Shown here: positions 11,425 to 23,450 of the stretch, piece by piece
Layout of the letters: the number at the start of each line of letters is the position of its first letter
How positions within the stretch are numbered: the stretch's first letter is position 1
DNA from: an uncultured Hormoscilla sp.
GTDB taxonomy: Bacteria; Cyanobacteriota; Cyanobacteriia; Cyanobacteriales; Desertifilaceae
Direction of reading: 5' to 3'
Length of the DNA: 64,000 nucleotides
NCBI GenBank assembly: GCA_963921275.4
Contig: OZ001293.3
Location: 768,001 to 832,000, forward strand
The notes under the pieces: model-generated
Told to the model about the DNA's origin: nothing
Seen by the model: only the letters and a program-made list of their open reading frames with translations
Database searches by the model: none
Translations under genes and position numbers: made by a program

Positions 11425-11613
11425 GTCATTGCGAGGGGGAGTTATGGTCGCAATTGTTATGATACCAGCCAGTAGGACCCCCGAAGCAGTCTCCTACTCT
11501 TCTACCGACGGCGTAGAGATTGCTAGCCCGACGGCGTAGGGCCGCTGCGCTAACGGGGTGAAGTTACTCTGAAAGCACAAGAATATCTCAACTATCCCCC
11601 CCCTCCCAATGAC
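11425..11613. repeat. REP/MITE-like palindromic element GTCATTGCGAG...CCCAATGAC with nested small insert
   Basis: Terminal inverted repeat; the inner CCCCGAAGCAGTCTC/GAGATTGCT..CGGGG arm is interrupted. Confidence 0.6.
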
Positions 11614-11714
11614 ATATTGGCTATCCCAAAAAGAGCAGTTTATGACCGTTCAGAGTATAGCAATGAGGAGAGGTGAAATGTTTCACCCCTACCTCAGCAC
11701 TTCGGATAAGCAAG

Positions 11715-12263
11715 ATGAAAATTGAGGCGACTGATATTAAGGATGTGTCGATCCTGAAACCGAAAGTCTTTGGAGACGATCGCGGATTCTTTTATGAAAG
11801 TTATAACCAGCGGGTTTTTGCGGAAAAGACTGGTTTGTCGGTGGGGTTTGTCCAGGATAATCATTCTCGTTCTGCGGAGGGGGTCTTGCGGGGGCTGCAT
11901 TATCAAATTCAACAGCCTCAAGGAAAGTTGGTGCGGGTAGTTAGGGGTGAGGTGTTCGATGTAGCGGTGGACATCAGAAAAAGCAGCCCATATTTCGGCA
12001 AGTGGGTGGGTTGCTTGTTGAGTGCTGATAATCACCGACAACTGTGGATCCCGGCGGGGTTTGCCCACGGCTTTTTGGTTGTTTCGGAAGTGGCGGAAAT
12101 GCTGTACAAGACTACTGACTATTACGCTCCTAACCACGAACGCTGTATAATCTGGAATGACCCAGATTTGGCAATTGATTGGCCCCTAGGGGGGAAAACG
12201 CCCGTACTATCGGGAAAAGATTTTGCTGGGTTACCTTTTAAGTCGGCAGAGGTTTTCCCATGA
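11715..12263 (+). CDS. rfbC: dTDP-4-dehydrorhamnose 3,5-epimerase
   Basis: FGDDRGFFYESY, QDNHSRS, RGLHYQ, GFAHGF motifs. Confidence 0.95.
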   Translation: MKIEATDIKDVSILKPKVFGDDRGFFYESYNQRVFAEKTGLSVGFVQDNHSRSAEGVLRGLHYQIQQPQGKLVRVVRGEVFDVAVDIRKSSPYFGKWVGCLLSADNHRQLWIPAGFAHGFLVVSEVAEMLYKTTDYYAPNHERCIIWNDPDLAIDWPLGGKTPVLSGKDFAGLPFKSAEVFP

Positions 12264-13144
12264 AACGGATTTTACTACTTGGGGTTAACGGTCAGTTGGG
12301 TCAAGAATTGTCTCGCACTCTCACCTCTATGGGTGATGTGACGGGAGTGGGTCGCGAAACGGTGGACTTGGAACGACCAGATGATATTCGTCGGGTGATG
12401 CAGGAGATGAAGCCGGACTTGGTGGTGAATGCTGCTGCTTATACTGCTGTAGATAAGGCGGAACAGGAACCGGAACGGGCGATCGCGATCAATGGGACGG
12501 CCTCTGGGATCCTGGCAGAGGGGGCTGTTTCTTTGGAGTCTACTCTGGTTCACATTTCGACTGACTACGTGTTTGATGGCAATTATAACTGCCCTTACCG
12601 GGAAACTGACTCTCCTAATCCTATGAATGTCTATGGTGAGTCTAAACTGAAGGGGGAGTTGGCGATTCAAGCCTCTGGTGTTAACTATATTATTCTCAGA
12701 ACTGCCTGGGTTTATGGTGCTGGTCCCACTGGCAACTTTGTCAAAACTATGCTCAGATTGGGGGCCCAACGGGATGAACTCCGCGTGGTTTACGACCAAG
12801 TTAGTAGCCCCACTTGGACTCGCCATCTCGCAGGGGCGATCGCCTCTTTAATTGCCAAAGAAGCAGCAGGGGGCATTTACCATTATACTAACAGTGGTGT
12901 TGCCAGTTGGTATGACTTTGCTGTGGCGATTTTTGCGGAGGCGAAAGAGTTAGGTTTTCCTCTGAAGGTGCAGCAGGTGATTCCCATTACTACTGCTGAA
13001 TATCCGACTCCCGCACGCCGCCCTCCTTATTCTGTCCTAAACATTGGCAAAATCTCCTCTGTTTTGGGTGGGCCTCCTCTTCATTGGCGAAATGCCCTGC
13101 GGGAAATGCTCCCCGAACTGATTTCAGTTATCAGCGATCAATGA
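12260..13144 (+). CDS. rfbD: dTDP-4-dehydrorhamnose reductase
   Basis: GxxGQLG, NAAAYTAVD, STDYVFDG, YGxSK motifs. Confidence 0.95.
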   Translation: MKRILLLGVNGQLGQELSRTLTSMGDVTGVGRETVDLERPDDIRRVMQEMKPDLVVNAAAYTAVDKAEQEPERAIAINGTASGILAEGAVSLESTLVHISTDYVFDGNYNCPYRETDSPNPMNVYGESKLKGELAIQASGVNYIILRTAWVYGAGPTGNFVKTMLRLGAQRDELRVVYDQVSSPTWTRHLAGAIASLIAKEAAGGIYHYTNSGVASWYDFAVAIFAEAKELGFPLKVQQVIPITTAEYPTPARRPPYSVLNIGKISSVLGGPPLHWRNALREMLPELISVISDQ

Positions 13145-13224
13145 ATTAAGAAACCTTGTATCCCCTACTTACTAGGTTATATTGCGATTGCGACTTGGAG
13201 TCCTGATTGTCTCGGTCTAAATTT

Positions 13225-14241
13225 ACGTGAGTTCGACGGACTGGACAAAAAAAAAAGGCGGAGACTGGGTTTGAACCATTCCACCCCAGTCTGAACCCAC
13301 CATGAGTCAAATTGTATCGCGCCTGGATGTCACCCGCATCTTCTGTGAACTAGACGACTTCTGCCAAATGTTCGATTTTTCCGGAACGGTGCGCCACTGG
13401 GAAGAACAACCGCAACTGCCCTCCATGCCTGGGGAACGATGCTGTCGTTCGCGCATGAGCCTCTCAGAAATTATGACGATTGCCATCGCTTTTCATGGCT
13501 CGGGCTTCCGTACGTTCAAAGAGTTTTACACCCTGTGTGTTCTCCCCCATTGGCGCGGAGCCTTTCCCAACTTGGTCAGCTATAATCGCTTTGTGGAATT
13601 GATGCCGTGGTGTCTAATGCTATGAAGTTGTTTTCTTCATACTCGAAAAGGAGAAGTTACAGGCATTTCCTTTGTTGATTCTACACCCATAGAAGTTTGT
13701 CACCCTCGTCGTGCTCATAACCATAAGGTGTTCAAAGGGCTAGTCCACTGGGGGAAAAGCTCAACTGGCTGGCATTTCGGATTTAAATTGCATTTGATTA
13801 TCAACGAGCGCGGAGAGTTACTAGCCTTCAAGCTCACGCCAGCCAACACTGACGACCGTAAACCTGTACCAGAGATGGCTCAAGACTTGTTTGGAAAACT
13901 GTTTGGAGACCGGGGATATGTCTTGAGAGACCTATTCGAGAAATTATACGAACAAGGTCTCAAATTGCTAAATCGAAGCGAAATATGAAAAATCGCTTGA
14001 TGAAAACGAGCGATAAAATCCGGCTCCGGAAGCGGGCCGTCATTGAATCGGTCAACGACCAACTCAAGAACATCTGTCAAATCGAGCATTCTCGCCACCG
14101 AAGTGTCTTCAACTTCTTGGTCAACCTGCTGGCTGGCTTGGTGGCCTACACCGACGCCGATAAAAAACCTCGCCTCGTTCTGGAGGTCAAAGGCTTACCA
14201 GCACTACCTCCTGCCATTTTCTAGTTTCGTCGAACTCACGT
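13225..14241 (+). mobile_element. IS982-family element with broken transposase
   Basis: TIR ACGTGAGTTCGACG; GFKLHL, GDRGY and [10 protein letters not shown] motifs; in-frame stop at 13623 and a frameshift; near-TSD TAAATTT/TACATTT. Confidence 0.9.
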
Positions 14242-15282
14242 TACATTTTTGCCTACATGAGAGATAACGACTCCCACCGTCCCAGGGGGGATTTCCGTTA
14301 ACGGCACTTCTTCAACTTGAACGAACCAAGGGTTAAGACTCCAAGAACCTTCTTGCAGAAATTCTTCCTGCAAACCTCGGTAGCCCCCTGCATCAATGAA
14401 CTTTTGCCCATTTTGGAATGTGTAGTGTCCTTGGATGAACGGACCAGCTATCTCATTTTCTGGAAGAGGCATGCCGTAGAGAGTAGTTACGATCCCGATC
14501 ATATTTCTCCCTACCGTATATACCTTCATATCTTCAGGCTTTATCCCATATTCGGTAGCACGGGCCGCTGTTACAATCGTAAACAATGCCGTATTAATTT
14601 GGTATTCACCAGCCCTCAAAATAGCCAATTGTTCCCCACGCTGTCCTCCATTGGTAATGAATGCTCGTGCGTCTTGGAAGTTATTGCATTCAACAACCTT
14701 ACCAAGAATTCGTTCATCTGGTAGCGGGGCACCATCGTGGGCGATTACTAGAGCAATTTCTCTTGGCGGAACCTTGACCGTGGGTACTCTGCGAACCTTG
14801 AACAATGCAGTATTTATTTGGTAAGTTCCAGCTTTAAGGATAGCTAGTTGCTGACCTCTCTGCCCCCCATTCTTAATAAATGCTTCTGCATCCTGGAAGT
14901 CATTGCACTCAACAACTTTACCAAAGTTTTGACCCGGAGGTAGGGCAGCACCATTTTTCGCCTCGACTATGCCAACTTCACTTGCTTCAATCTGGATGAC
15001 GTTATTTTCTGTTATACTCTCAGGCGGAACCTTGACCGTGGGTACTCTGCGAACCTCGAACAATGCAGTATTTATTTGGTAAGTTCCAGCTTTAAGGATA
15101 GCTAGTTGCTGACCTCTCTGCCCCCCATTCTTAATAAATGCTTCTGCATCCTGGAAGTCATTGCACTCAACAACTTTACCAAAGTTTTGACCCGGAGGTA
15201 GGGCAGCACCATCTTTCGCCTCGACTATGCCAACTTCACTTGCTTCAATCCGGATGACGTTATTTTCTGTTATACTCTCAGG
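14236..15282 (-). pseudogene. C-terminal module of the conflict effector: flotillin/SPFH-associated beta repeats, interrupted by IS982
   Basis: Repeats VECNDFQDAEAFIKNGGQRGQQ..GTYQINTALF; frame continues past the IS to a stop at 13146; no own start codon. Confidence 0.7.
14765..15282. repeat. Near-identical in-frame 258-bp tandem duplication
   Basis: Units start at 14765 and 15023 (GGCGGAACCTTGACCG). Confidence 0.9.
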
Positions 15283-15603
15283 AGGTTTGAGGAAATTGGT
15301 TCAGTTGATTGAGTGTTTTGGTTCGGATCTTTTGAACCTGTCTGCTTAATCTGAAGCTTTGCCAGGATCTCAAAGGCGAAGGCACTGGCATGAGCGGAAG
15401 ATTTTTCCTGTCGATCCCGTTCCGATTCTAAAAAATCGTCATTTTTGCCCTCAATTAAGTCGGAAATACCTCTAATCACGATAGCCTTAATATTGGGGTA
15501 GGCAAAGGCGGCGCTCAGGAAACCAAAACCTTCCATCTCAACCGCGATCGCGTCGTTATAACTTTCTCTCAGAAATTTGAAAATCTTTGACTGTTTGGAG
15601 GCA
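15270..15603 (-). pseudogene. Nucleoside phosphorylase (PNP_UDP/MTAN-like) domain, 3' part
   Basis: AIAVEMEGFGF..VIRGISD motif; joins the 5' part in frame when the intron is removed. Confidence 0.85.
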
Positions 15604-16530
15604 GTGCGATTCGTTCCGGCATAAGCCAGTAGGTGAAAGTCGGGTCTGGCTCTATCAGCCAGATAACTCTGGTTATCATGGGGGTTAAATTCCCTTTCCC
15701 CAGGTACGGGGGTCGAGGGTACTACCGGTCGGAGGTGCTACGGAGCCACATCGCCGTGGTGCCTCCCGAGGACTTAAATGTAGGATAACTGGCAGCCTAA
15801 GCCGGTGACGCCGCTAGGAAAGATGCTAATGGTTAGAACAAGCGAACCTATGTAAACCTCGTTAACCAGAACCAGCGGAAGAAGGCTTATGCGCTTGCCC
15901 AAAAAGGGAAATGGTAGTTAGTATTAGCTCTTGCCTCTGGCTAATAACGTACTCAAAGAACTCTCGGGGTATAGTAGGAACCTAAAAGCATCGCGAAATG
16001 ATACCAGGGAACGGAGTAACCTCTCGTGAGCTGTCCCCATTTGGACAAGTTAGATGTAAAGCGCAAGCCACGAAGAGGAAGGATGTCCTAAGAAGCCAAC
16101 GCCCGGGGTAATGCTTGTGGATATGCAGACGTAGGACGGATATGGTAAGACACCCTTGGGAAAAGTAACCTTAATGTCACAGAACTAGGAAGAAATTCCA
16201 AAAGTACGAATCTTGGATTCAAATCTTAGCCAGGTAAAGTTCAGAGCCCCTACGAAAAGCGGAAAGCAGAATGGGGAAGATGTTAGTAAAGAGCGGCGAG
16301 TATGGTTTGCTGAACTATCCTCCGCGAACCTTCCGCAGCTCAGTACTTAAACGGTCCAATAGGATTGACCATAAGGGGTAAAATTTCAAAGGGTAAGGGA
16401 CAACGGGGGTAACCCCCAGTAATCCTACTGATGACAACAGCTTACCAACCAGTAGCCGTGTGCGGTTCCAGTCGCTCTTCAGGTTTCGCTCTTGGAGGGT
16501 TGGGGAGTGATTCCCAGCTCGACCCCGACC
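15604..16530 (+). mobile_element. ORF-less group II intron, antisense to the host gene
   Basis: 5' GTGCGATTCGTT; degenerate domain V/VI (AGTAGCCG...GGAGGGTTGGG..CCCAGCTCGACCCCGACC); removal restores GEKVIASKQ. Confidence 0.88.
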
Positions 16531-17297
16531 ATGACTTTTTCCCCGGCGGCAATGAGAGCCACAAATACATGGGGTTGCTGGCTCGAACTGCTGAGCCGTT
16601 GCAGCCATTCCTCTTTCCGTGCTTCTGCTTTCGCTCTTTGTACCAGTGCATAGCTTGACTGTCCCAAGTCAGGTCGGGTAAAGAACTGGTCTTCGTCTCC
16701 TACTTTTCCTGCCTCATAGCCGTAAACCTTCGTCCCTACGACCACATCACCGATTGTAACGTCTTTGATTCCTCCAGCAATACCCACAAACAAGAGGATG
16801 TGAGGCTGGAAGTAGGCGATCGCCCGTTCCGCTGCCGCTGCGGCCCTCGCATTACCAGCCTCAATCTCGGCAATCCCGACCTCCCATTCCTTGCCGTTGG
16901 CGATGAATTTTCCCCGTTCGTAAACGGTTCCCCCGGGATGAACATCCTCCCGTAGCTCTTTCAAATGGGTCCGGACTGCTAAATATTCGACGGGCAGGGC
17001 AGTCACTATTATGGCACGACGTTTCAATTTTTCTGCCGTTAGAGGTACTTCATCGGGAATTGATAAACTTAGTCCGTTAATATCTAACAGGCGATCGCGT
17101 CTTGGCAACTTGCTGAATTGTTCTGTCGCACCTTCGACATCTCCAATTGTAAAATTTGCCAGACCACGAGCATAAGTAATCAATAGTGGAGCGAATTCGC
17201 ATTCTTTCAAAGGTTCGGCAAAAGTTTCTACTAATGAGGATAGGCGAAATAACTCTTTCCAATTTTTCTCTTGCAACCTCAACCGGATCTTTTCCAA
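16531..17297 (-). pseudogene. Nucleoside phosphorylase domain, 5' part
   Basis: IVTALPVEY, LFVGIAGG, GDVVV and IAAGEKV motifs. Confidence 0.85.
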
Positions 17298-17359
17298 TAA
17301 CTTGCGACTAAGTTCCGTTGGTTGAGTATAAGCAAGAGCTGTCCAATATTGTGCTTCTG

Positions 17360-17746
17360 CTAAATTTTTTGTGTGACTATTTTCCCCAGCAAATTTTGCG
17401 TTACATAGTTAGTCAAAAAATCCGCTAGTTTCTCCAATTGCTTTTGACCAAAACGCTCGTCCTCTTTGAGTTCTGTTAACAGCAAGTTGCGGACAGCAAT
17501 ATCCATCTCGTAAAGCTCATACCCGACCTCACGACACAAACGAGAGAGAAGTACGCGAGCAACTGCCGTCCAAGGAGCTTGGGGTACGAAGCGAAGCCAA
17601 ATTTTGTAAAGCAGGTCAGGAGTGAGTACCAGCGGAAACGCCGCATGATAAGCTAAGTCCAGGTGTGTCCGGTCGAATTCTCCGGCAAATCCGACCACAC
17701 GCTCGATAGCAATTTCACAATCCGTTGTACTCGCTTCACTCATCAT
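17360..17746 (-). pseudogene. N-terminal domain of a vWA-MoxR system effector, frameshifted from the PNP domain
   Basis: LAYHAAFPLVLTPDLLY..YEMDIAVRNLLL; alternate frame reads AEAQYWTALAY into the 17297 ORF. Confidence 0.7.
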
Positions 17747-17784
17747 GCTTACACCGTCCACCGATCGGGACGCTCCCAATAAAC

Positions 17785-18128
17785 TTAGCGTCCTCGCAAA
17801 GTATTAATAACTGCATTCAATCCCTCGCGACTCATTTCAAACATTAGCACATTACGAGCAATATCGCCAGCAGTGGTATCCTGCCAACTATCCTCGGGCA
17901 TGGGATTGAGCCAAGCGTAATAACGGACTGACTCAGCGAGCTGATTGAGGAACTTTTGGGTGTACTCAACACGCTCTGGATTGTAGTTACCTCGTGCTGC
18001 ACCTGCATCGCTGACGATTAGGACCCCTGCTTTGTCAGCAATTGATGTCAAAACCTCTGTAACTGGCTGGGCTTTGAGGCGCGTCGGGTCACTATACAGA
18101 TATTTTTCAGGATAATTGTAGAAGTAAT
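17785..18128 (-). pseudogene. vWA domain protein, C-terminal remnant
   Basis: YYFYNYP, VLIVSDAGAARG and WLNPMP..W motifs; 5' part lost at the IS boundary. Confidence 0.8.
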
Positions 18129-19179
18129 AGACATCTCCAAAAATAAAACCCTTGTCAGCTCTGGGTTTTAAGCTCTACCTCCCATGCTCACATATGTTAC
18201 TCAAACGGCAGAATCAGGGTTTGATAGATTTCCTGTTAATAAAGAACTCCAAAGGTGGTACTGGTTAATCTCAAGTTTTTCAGAGCTATCAACAGATTCT
18301 AATACTTCTAAAATTCGCGCAACCAACCCAACTTTTGTCGAAATTACCGATTCATATTTATCAATATTTAACCGAAATCGCTCGCTGGCAACCCGGAAAA
18401 TTTTTACCAATGACCTGTTCAACGAAAACGGGAAGAAAAATCTCTATTTTCTTCTTTTTGTTTAGCTGTTAATTCCTGTTTTTTCGGTTTGAAAAGTTTT
18501 GAGGTTCTCCAATATAGGCTTTATCCCCTGCAAAAATTTGATCTGGATCGAAAACGACGCTCGCAAGATTTATATCGCTTGCTGGGCCTCTTTCTCCAGA
18601 TACAACATCGACAAGATCTGCACGCTTCGCTACCAGGTAAAACATTGATTTTTCAAAGTATTTCTTCTTACCTGAGTAAAACTTTTTCTGCTCTTCATAG
18701 TCTTTAGGTCTTGGTATGGCTTGCGCTATCGACTATCAACTCATATTCTGTGTTTGGATAAATATTCTTCATCTTCTCCATTTTTTTTGTTCAAGTAAAC
18801 GGCAAAGCGGAAAAGATATTGCCAATAATTAAAAATATCATTAGCTGTAGATTCACTGACGCCAAAAACTATACCTAATACTTGGAATGTTAATCCTTGA
18901 CGCAGATACATCAAAGTTAAAATTATTTGCTCTTCTACTAATAATTTAGCTTTCGCCCCCACGACGTATCAATCTAGTTTTGTGTTCTTCCACATTTTCT
19001 TTATGATTTTTATCCAACTTTTTAGCAATTGCAATAAGTTGTATTAAGTTTTTATAGCTGATACCGATGAGCCGTTTTGCTTCTTTAGGCTTGGCTTGCA
19101 AATATGTCCAGGTAATACTCGTCACAAAATTAAATTTTCAAATCTTATTATAGCATAAATTTCTATTTTGGAGATGTCT
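18129..19179 (-). mobile_element. Degenerate IS (IS5/ISL2-like, HTH plus DDE transposase remnant)
   Basis: TIR AGACATCTCCAAAA at both ends; LMYLRQGLTFQVLGIVFGVSESTA motif; many frameshifts. Confidence 0.75.
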
Positions 19180-19524
19180 GTTTAACTTTGGAACGTTGTT
19201 CCTCATCAAAACGTGCCAGTTGAGCATCGTGGAGACGACCGACTGCATCGTCAGTGTAGAGTCCATCTCTTGCCTTAGTTGTAGACTGGATGTACCAAGG
19301 TTCATAGGGTAAAACTCGTCAGCCACCGCTTGTGCCAAGCGAGTTTTACCGCATCCAGGATCCCCCTTCAACAACAATGGACGTTTCTGTAAAAAAATAG
19401 TGAGATTCACTGCCTCAATTAATGATTCCGAAGGCAAGTAAGGCTGAAGTCCATAACGTTTGTAATCCTCTGGGGAAGGTTGCTTTGTTCCCGTATAGAC
19501 GCGAGATATTACTGAATCAACCAT
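19180..19524 (-). pseudogene. MoxR-family AAA+ ATPase, N-terminal remnant
   Basis: RPLLLKGDPGCGKTRLA Walker A; frameshift, then truncated by the IS. Confidence 0.85.
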
Positions 19525-21488
19525 TTTGCTAATTTTCCTTCCCAACTAGTGCGTGTCATCAATTAAGCCATATTACAGCTGCCGCGAGGTAGATGGCACC
19601 CAAGAAATTGCGAGCCGTTTTATCGTAGCGTGTCGCCAGAGCCCTGTATTGCTTGAGTTTTTGGAATAGATTTTCAATTAGATGCCGCCACTTGTACATT
19701 TCTTCATCGTATTCTCTGTGTTCTGTGCGGTTACTTTTTGGAGGAATGACAGCCATCCAATCCGCCTCTTTCAGGCGCTCGAGCACACGTTGTTCCGCAT
19801 CATAGGCTTTATCTGCAAGCAGCGCGCCAATCTCACCGATTTTATCCAATAGCACGTCAGCGCCTTTCCCGTCGTGGGCTTGGCCAGGGGTAAGATGAAA
19901 TCCTGTGGGATTGCCTTGGGCAATCGCAAGTGGCATGAATCTTTGTCGATAGTCCCCCTTTACTACGGCCTATGGCTTGGGTTTCGCACGTATCTGAGGG
20001 TGTTTTTTTTTGCACCCGCACGCTCGTTGATGGGCACGCAGGATGGTGGCATCAATCGCGGCGTATTCGTTATCGGCGTCTGAGGCCAAGACATCGAATA
20101 CCTGCTTCCAAACTCCCTTTTCAGACCAACGGGTATGGCGGGTATGAACAACCCGAAAATCCCCAAAACACTCCGGTAAATCCCGCCAGGGAATGCCAGC
20201 ACGATATCGATATAACACGGCAGAACACGAATAATCTATTGTTCTTGGCTGTAGCGCCTGGGTCACCCTCTTTACCAGGTAAAAGGTGTTCGATCCGTTC
20301 CCACTGGTCGTCTCGCAAGCCATAGCGTCTCATATCATGCCCTCTTGATTGTTATTGCTGGATAAGGACTCCATACCGTATCCATCTACTTCTGTCAAGC
20401 AATTTGATTGATGACACACCCTAGAACCACAGTAGTAACAAATTCTTTGATAAACAAGTTCTGGAACGCCATTTTGATACTCTCCTAGCAAAGTATCGAC
20501 CAACAAACTTTCAGGTACGACTTCTGCTGCAACTGCCATTCTCAACCATTGAGAAATATGCTTTCGTGAAAATCTGGTTGTGGGAGACAAGTGCAGAGGA
20601 ACTCTGGGGTATTCCGACTGTTCGACTTGCGAAGCCAAAGGCATTCCAGATTTACATACTTTACCCTTATTATCAACTAAAAACATCACTAAGTAAGTAT
20701 CGCTTAAGTTTACGCTCTCTACAATAGGTTGCCAAAAATGTTCGATTACCTCGGGAATAAATCCTATACAAGTACGGTGAACTTCAGTAAAGATAAAAAT
20801 CAAATGCTGATTTGTCAAGCATTCAATAACTCTAGGGATAACTTGGTCTGGGGAAAAATCATTGTGGGAACCAGTCAAGTCCCTAGCAACCGCATTCCAT
20901 AGTTCAGAAATGTCAACCGGCCATTTTAATCTTGATTTGCCGACCATTCCGCAACTCTGGTAATCGAGAGAATCGAGTAACTAAAATTTCTTGTCCAAAC
21001 TTTTCTTCGCCATGAATTAAAAATGCGGCTGTTCTCTGGAGCTATTTTTGTAATCTTAGAGCGTTTGTCACCTCCTCTTGCTGTTCGTCAAAATCGATTT
21101 CAAGAATTGAATTAAAAAGTCGCCTTTCATCATATGAATATATTGGTGATTGACATTTTTGAGGCTGGTGCTGAAGCGCTTTAATTTTAGCATGCAGATC
21201 ATCCAAGCTCTTTCGACGATCGTCACCTTCAGGACAAGCTGTTGCCAAAGCCTTCACAAAAATAGGAAATATCCAGCCATATTTTTCGTGTTTATTTTCT
21301 ATAAAACTTGGTAAGTTTAATTCAAATAAACTTTCACAATCTGATCCTTGTTTGAGTTTGAAATTTACAAAATAGAGAGCTTCATGTCCTCGACAAAATG
21401 AACGGAGCCTCTGATAACTTTCAAATTGATCGCATTTCAAAATTACCTGTCTGCATAATGCATTCAGTTCATGTGGTAGTCCTTCCAC
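19509..21488 (-). pseudogene. EAD-like N-terminal domain fused to inactive STAND (iSTAND) NTPase, interrupted by IS5
   Basis: N-terminus resembles that of the 24615 ORF (CDQFE..LR.F.RGH); IDFDEQ, AAFLIHG and MFLVD motifs; stop at 21042; IS removal restores YYCGSSWEGKLAKWLIQ*. Confidence 0.7.
19546..20424 (-). mobile_element. IS5-family (IS427-like) element, frameshifted
   Basis: CTAG target at both ends, inverted GTGTCATCAA ends; [20 protein letters not shown] and ATRYDK motifs. Confidence 0.88.
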
Positions 21489-21490
21489 AG

Positions 21491-23440
21491 TTAAGATCCT
21501 GAAAGATTATACTGCTCCAGCAATTGCTGGGAAACCTCCAAAGCATCCTGGTAATCTCTAACTAAATTTCGAAGTTCTTGCTCGGTCCCCACGCTGAGAC
21601 AATCCTGCAAATCAGGGGGGAATTCTTCCATCTCAAAAGCTTCGTTCGTCCTTTGCGGTCCCAACTTGGCATCTACTTCAACTTGAGTCTTACCAATAAT
21701 TTCTTTTATTTCTGGTAATAAGAACCCCCGTTGCTTGCGAGCTAATACCCGAACCTGAGTCAAAGTATAACGCCAGTCAATTGCCAGCTTGCGACGCTCT
21801 TGCTCGTTAGCAAGTTCGGCATCCAGGATTTGTTCTTTAACAGCTTCCAAGAGTTCCCACCAGGGCTCATCGCGAGCAATTTCCGGTCCCCGTCGCTTTA
21901 ATGCTAATACTTGAATGATAGCATAAGAAAAATCCGCAAGCGAACTCCCACTAATATCAGTTAGCTGTCCGTTTGCGTCTATTTTCAGTGAAGTCGGCAA
22001 AATTTCATCCCTGTGGGAGCCAACTACAACCCGGTAGCCCGCTTTCAAATCTTGGAGGTTGAGATCCATCGTGGAGGAGAAAATCTCATCTTGAGAGCCT
22101 TCACGCAGTAGAAAACTCACCAATTGCCCGACAATTTTACTCACTCTCAGAGCCACAGCCCAATCAGGTCGAAGTAGCGATACTTGAGCGACTAAACCAG
22201 TTTGTTCGAGTTGAGTCATTGGATGGGGTCGAGCCGGGAATCGCTTCCCGACCCTCCCTTGAGGAACCGGACTTGCGATTTTCACCGCATCCGGCTACTG
22301 GGTACTAGGCCCTTTTCATAGGTAGACTTAATAGGAATTACTTCCGTTAGCCCTTGCCGCCTGTCTTTTCTTCCCTTTCCTGGTTTAGCGAGTGGTTGTT
22401 CTGATAACCGTTAGTATCACCATTTTCAAGTCAGTTTTACCAGTTATCCATACCTTATCCTCCACTTGCGTTTCGGATTAGTTCCGTGGCTTTTTAGGAT
22501 TACTCATTCCAGCAGCTTCCTAGTATCACCGACCCACGTCAGCGCTGGCTACCCAGCATCATCTACATTACTGTAGATGTTATCCCAGGAATTACCCCGG
22601 GCATTCGCTTCTTGGGTCATCCCTCCCCCCGTGGCTTGCGCTTAACATCTAACTTGTCCTGATGGACAGCACACGAGAGGTTACTTCGTTCCCTAACAAC
22701 ATTTCGCGATACCTTTAGGTCCACACTATACCCCGGGAGCTATTTGAGTACTATATTAGCCAGAGTCTAAAACTAATACTAGCTACCATTTCCTTTTTAG
22801 GCCAGCGCATATAGCCTTATTTCGCTGGTTCCTTATAACGAGGCTTGCACATGTTTGCCTGCTCTAACCTTGGATATCTTTCCTAGCGGCGTCACCGGCT
22901 TAGGCTGCCAGTTATCCTACATTTGAGTCCTCGCTTAGCACCACGATGATGTCGCTTCGTAGCACCGAGGACCGGTGTCACCCCCGTACCTGGGGGGAGG
23001 GGAATTTAACCCCATGCGGTCAGAGTTCCCGGCTAATGAAACCGGGCTAGCGTTCCGTGTTTGACCACGTTAGGCTAGAACGAATCGCACAAATTCTGTA
23101 AAGGTTTATCTTGCCATACTATATATTTCAAGTTGACACGCAACCAGTCAGTAGAGCGGGCAGGCAACTAGTCAGTTAAATTGATACTGAGACCCAAGCG
23201 ACAAGCCTTATTTTTTTGCACGGAGGAGATCTTGTGGAGGCTTTGGGTCGAGTAATTTGGCTGAAAAGAGCTTTCGACTGAAGAACTAAAAGTGATAAAT
23301 CCAGGTTCAGTCAGCAAACCAGCTCTGTAGAATGCTTGGGCATCGTGCAGCCTAACTAGAAAGTAGCTGTTGTTTAAATATAGGTTGCACGGGGGGTTAG
23401 GTTGCTCTGGATAGTAAATAGAACTGACACTACTTAGCAT
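21491..23440 (-). pseudogene. Hypothetical protein in the conflict operon, split by a sense-oriented group II intron, with a premature stop
   Basis: Exons join in frame (KPLQNL-MTQLEQ); in-frame TAG at 23168. Confidence 0.7.
22221..23090 (-). mobile_element. ORF-less group II intron (lineage B, copy 1)
   Basis: GTGCG 5' end at 23090; intact DV AGTAGCCGGATGCGGTGAAAATCGCAAGTCCGGTTC; near-identical to 56934-57804 and 57805-58675. Confidence 0.92.
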
Positions 23441-23450
23441 AGTTTACTCC

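Noticed and set aside
14765..15282. DGR template/variable repeat pair
   Set aside because: It is an adjacent in-frame tandem duplication with only a few substitutions.
21491..22285. N-terminus MKIASPVPQGRVGKRFPARPHP as a real protein start (also ORF 56615-56998)
   Set aside because: It is the translation of intron domains V-VI.
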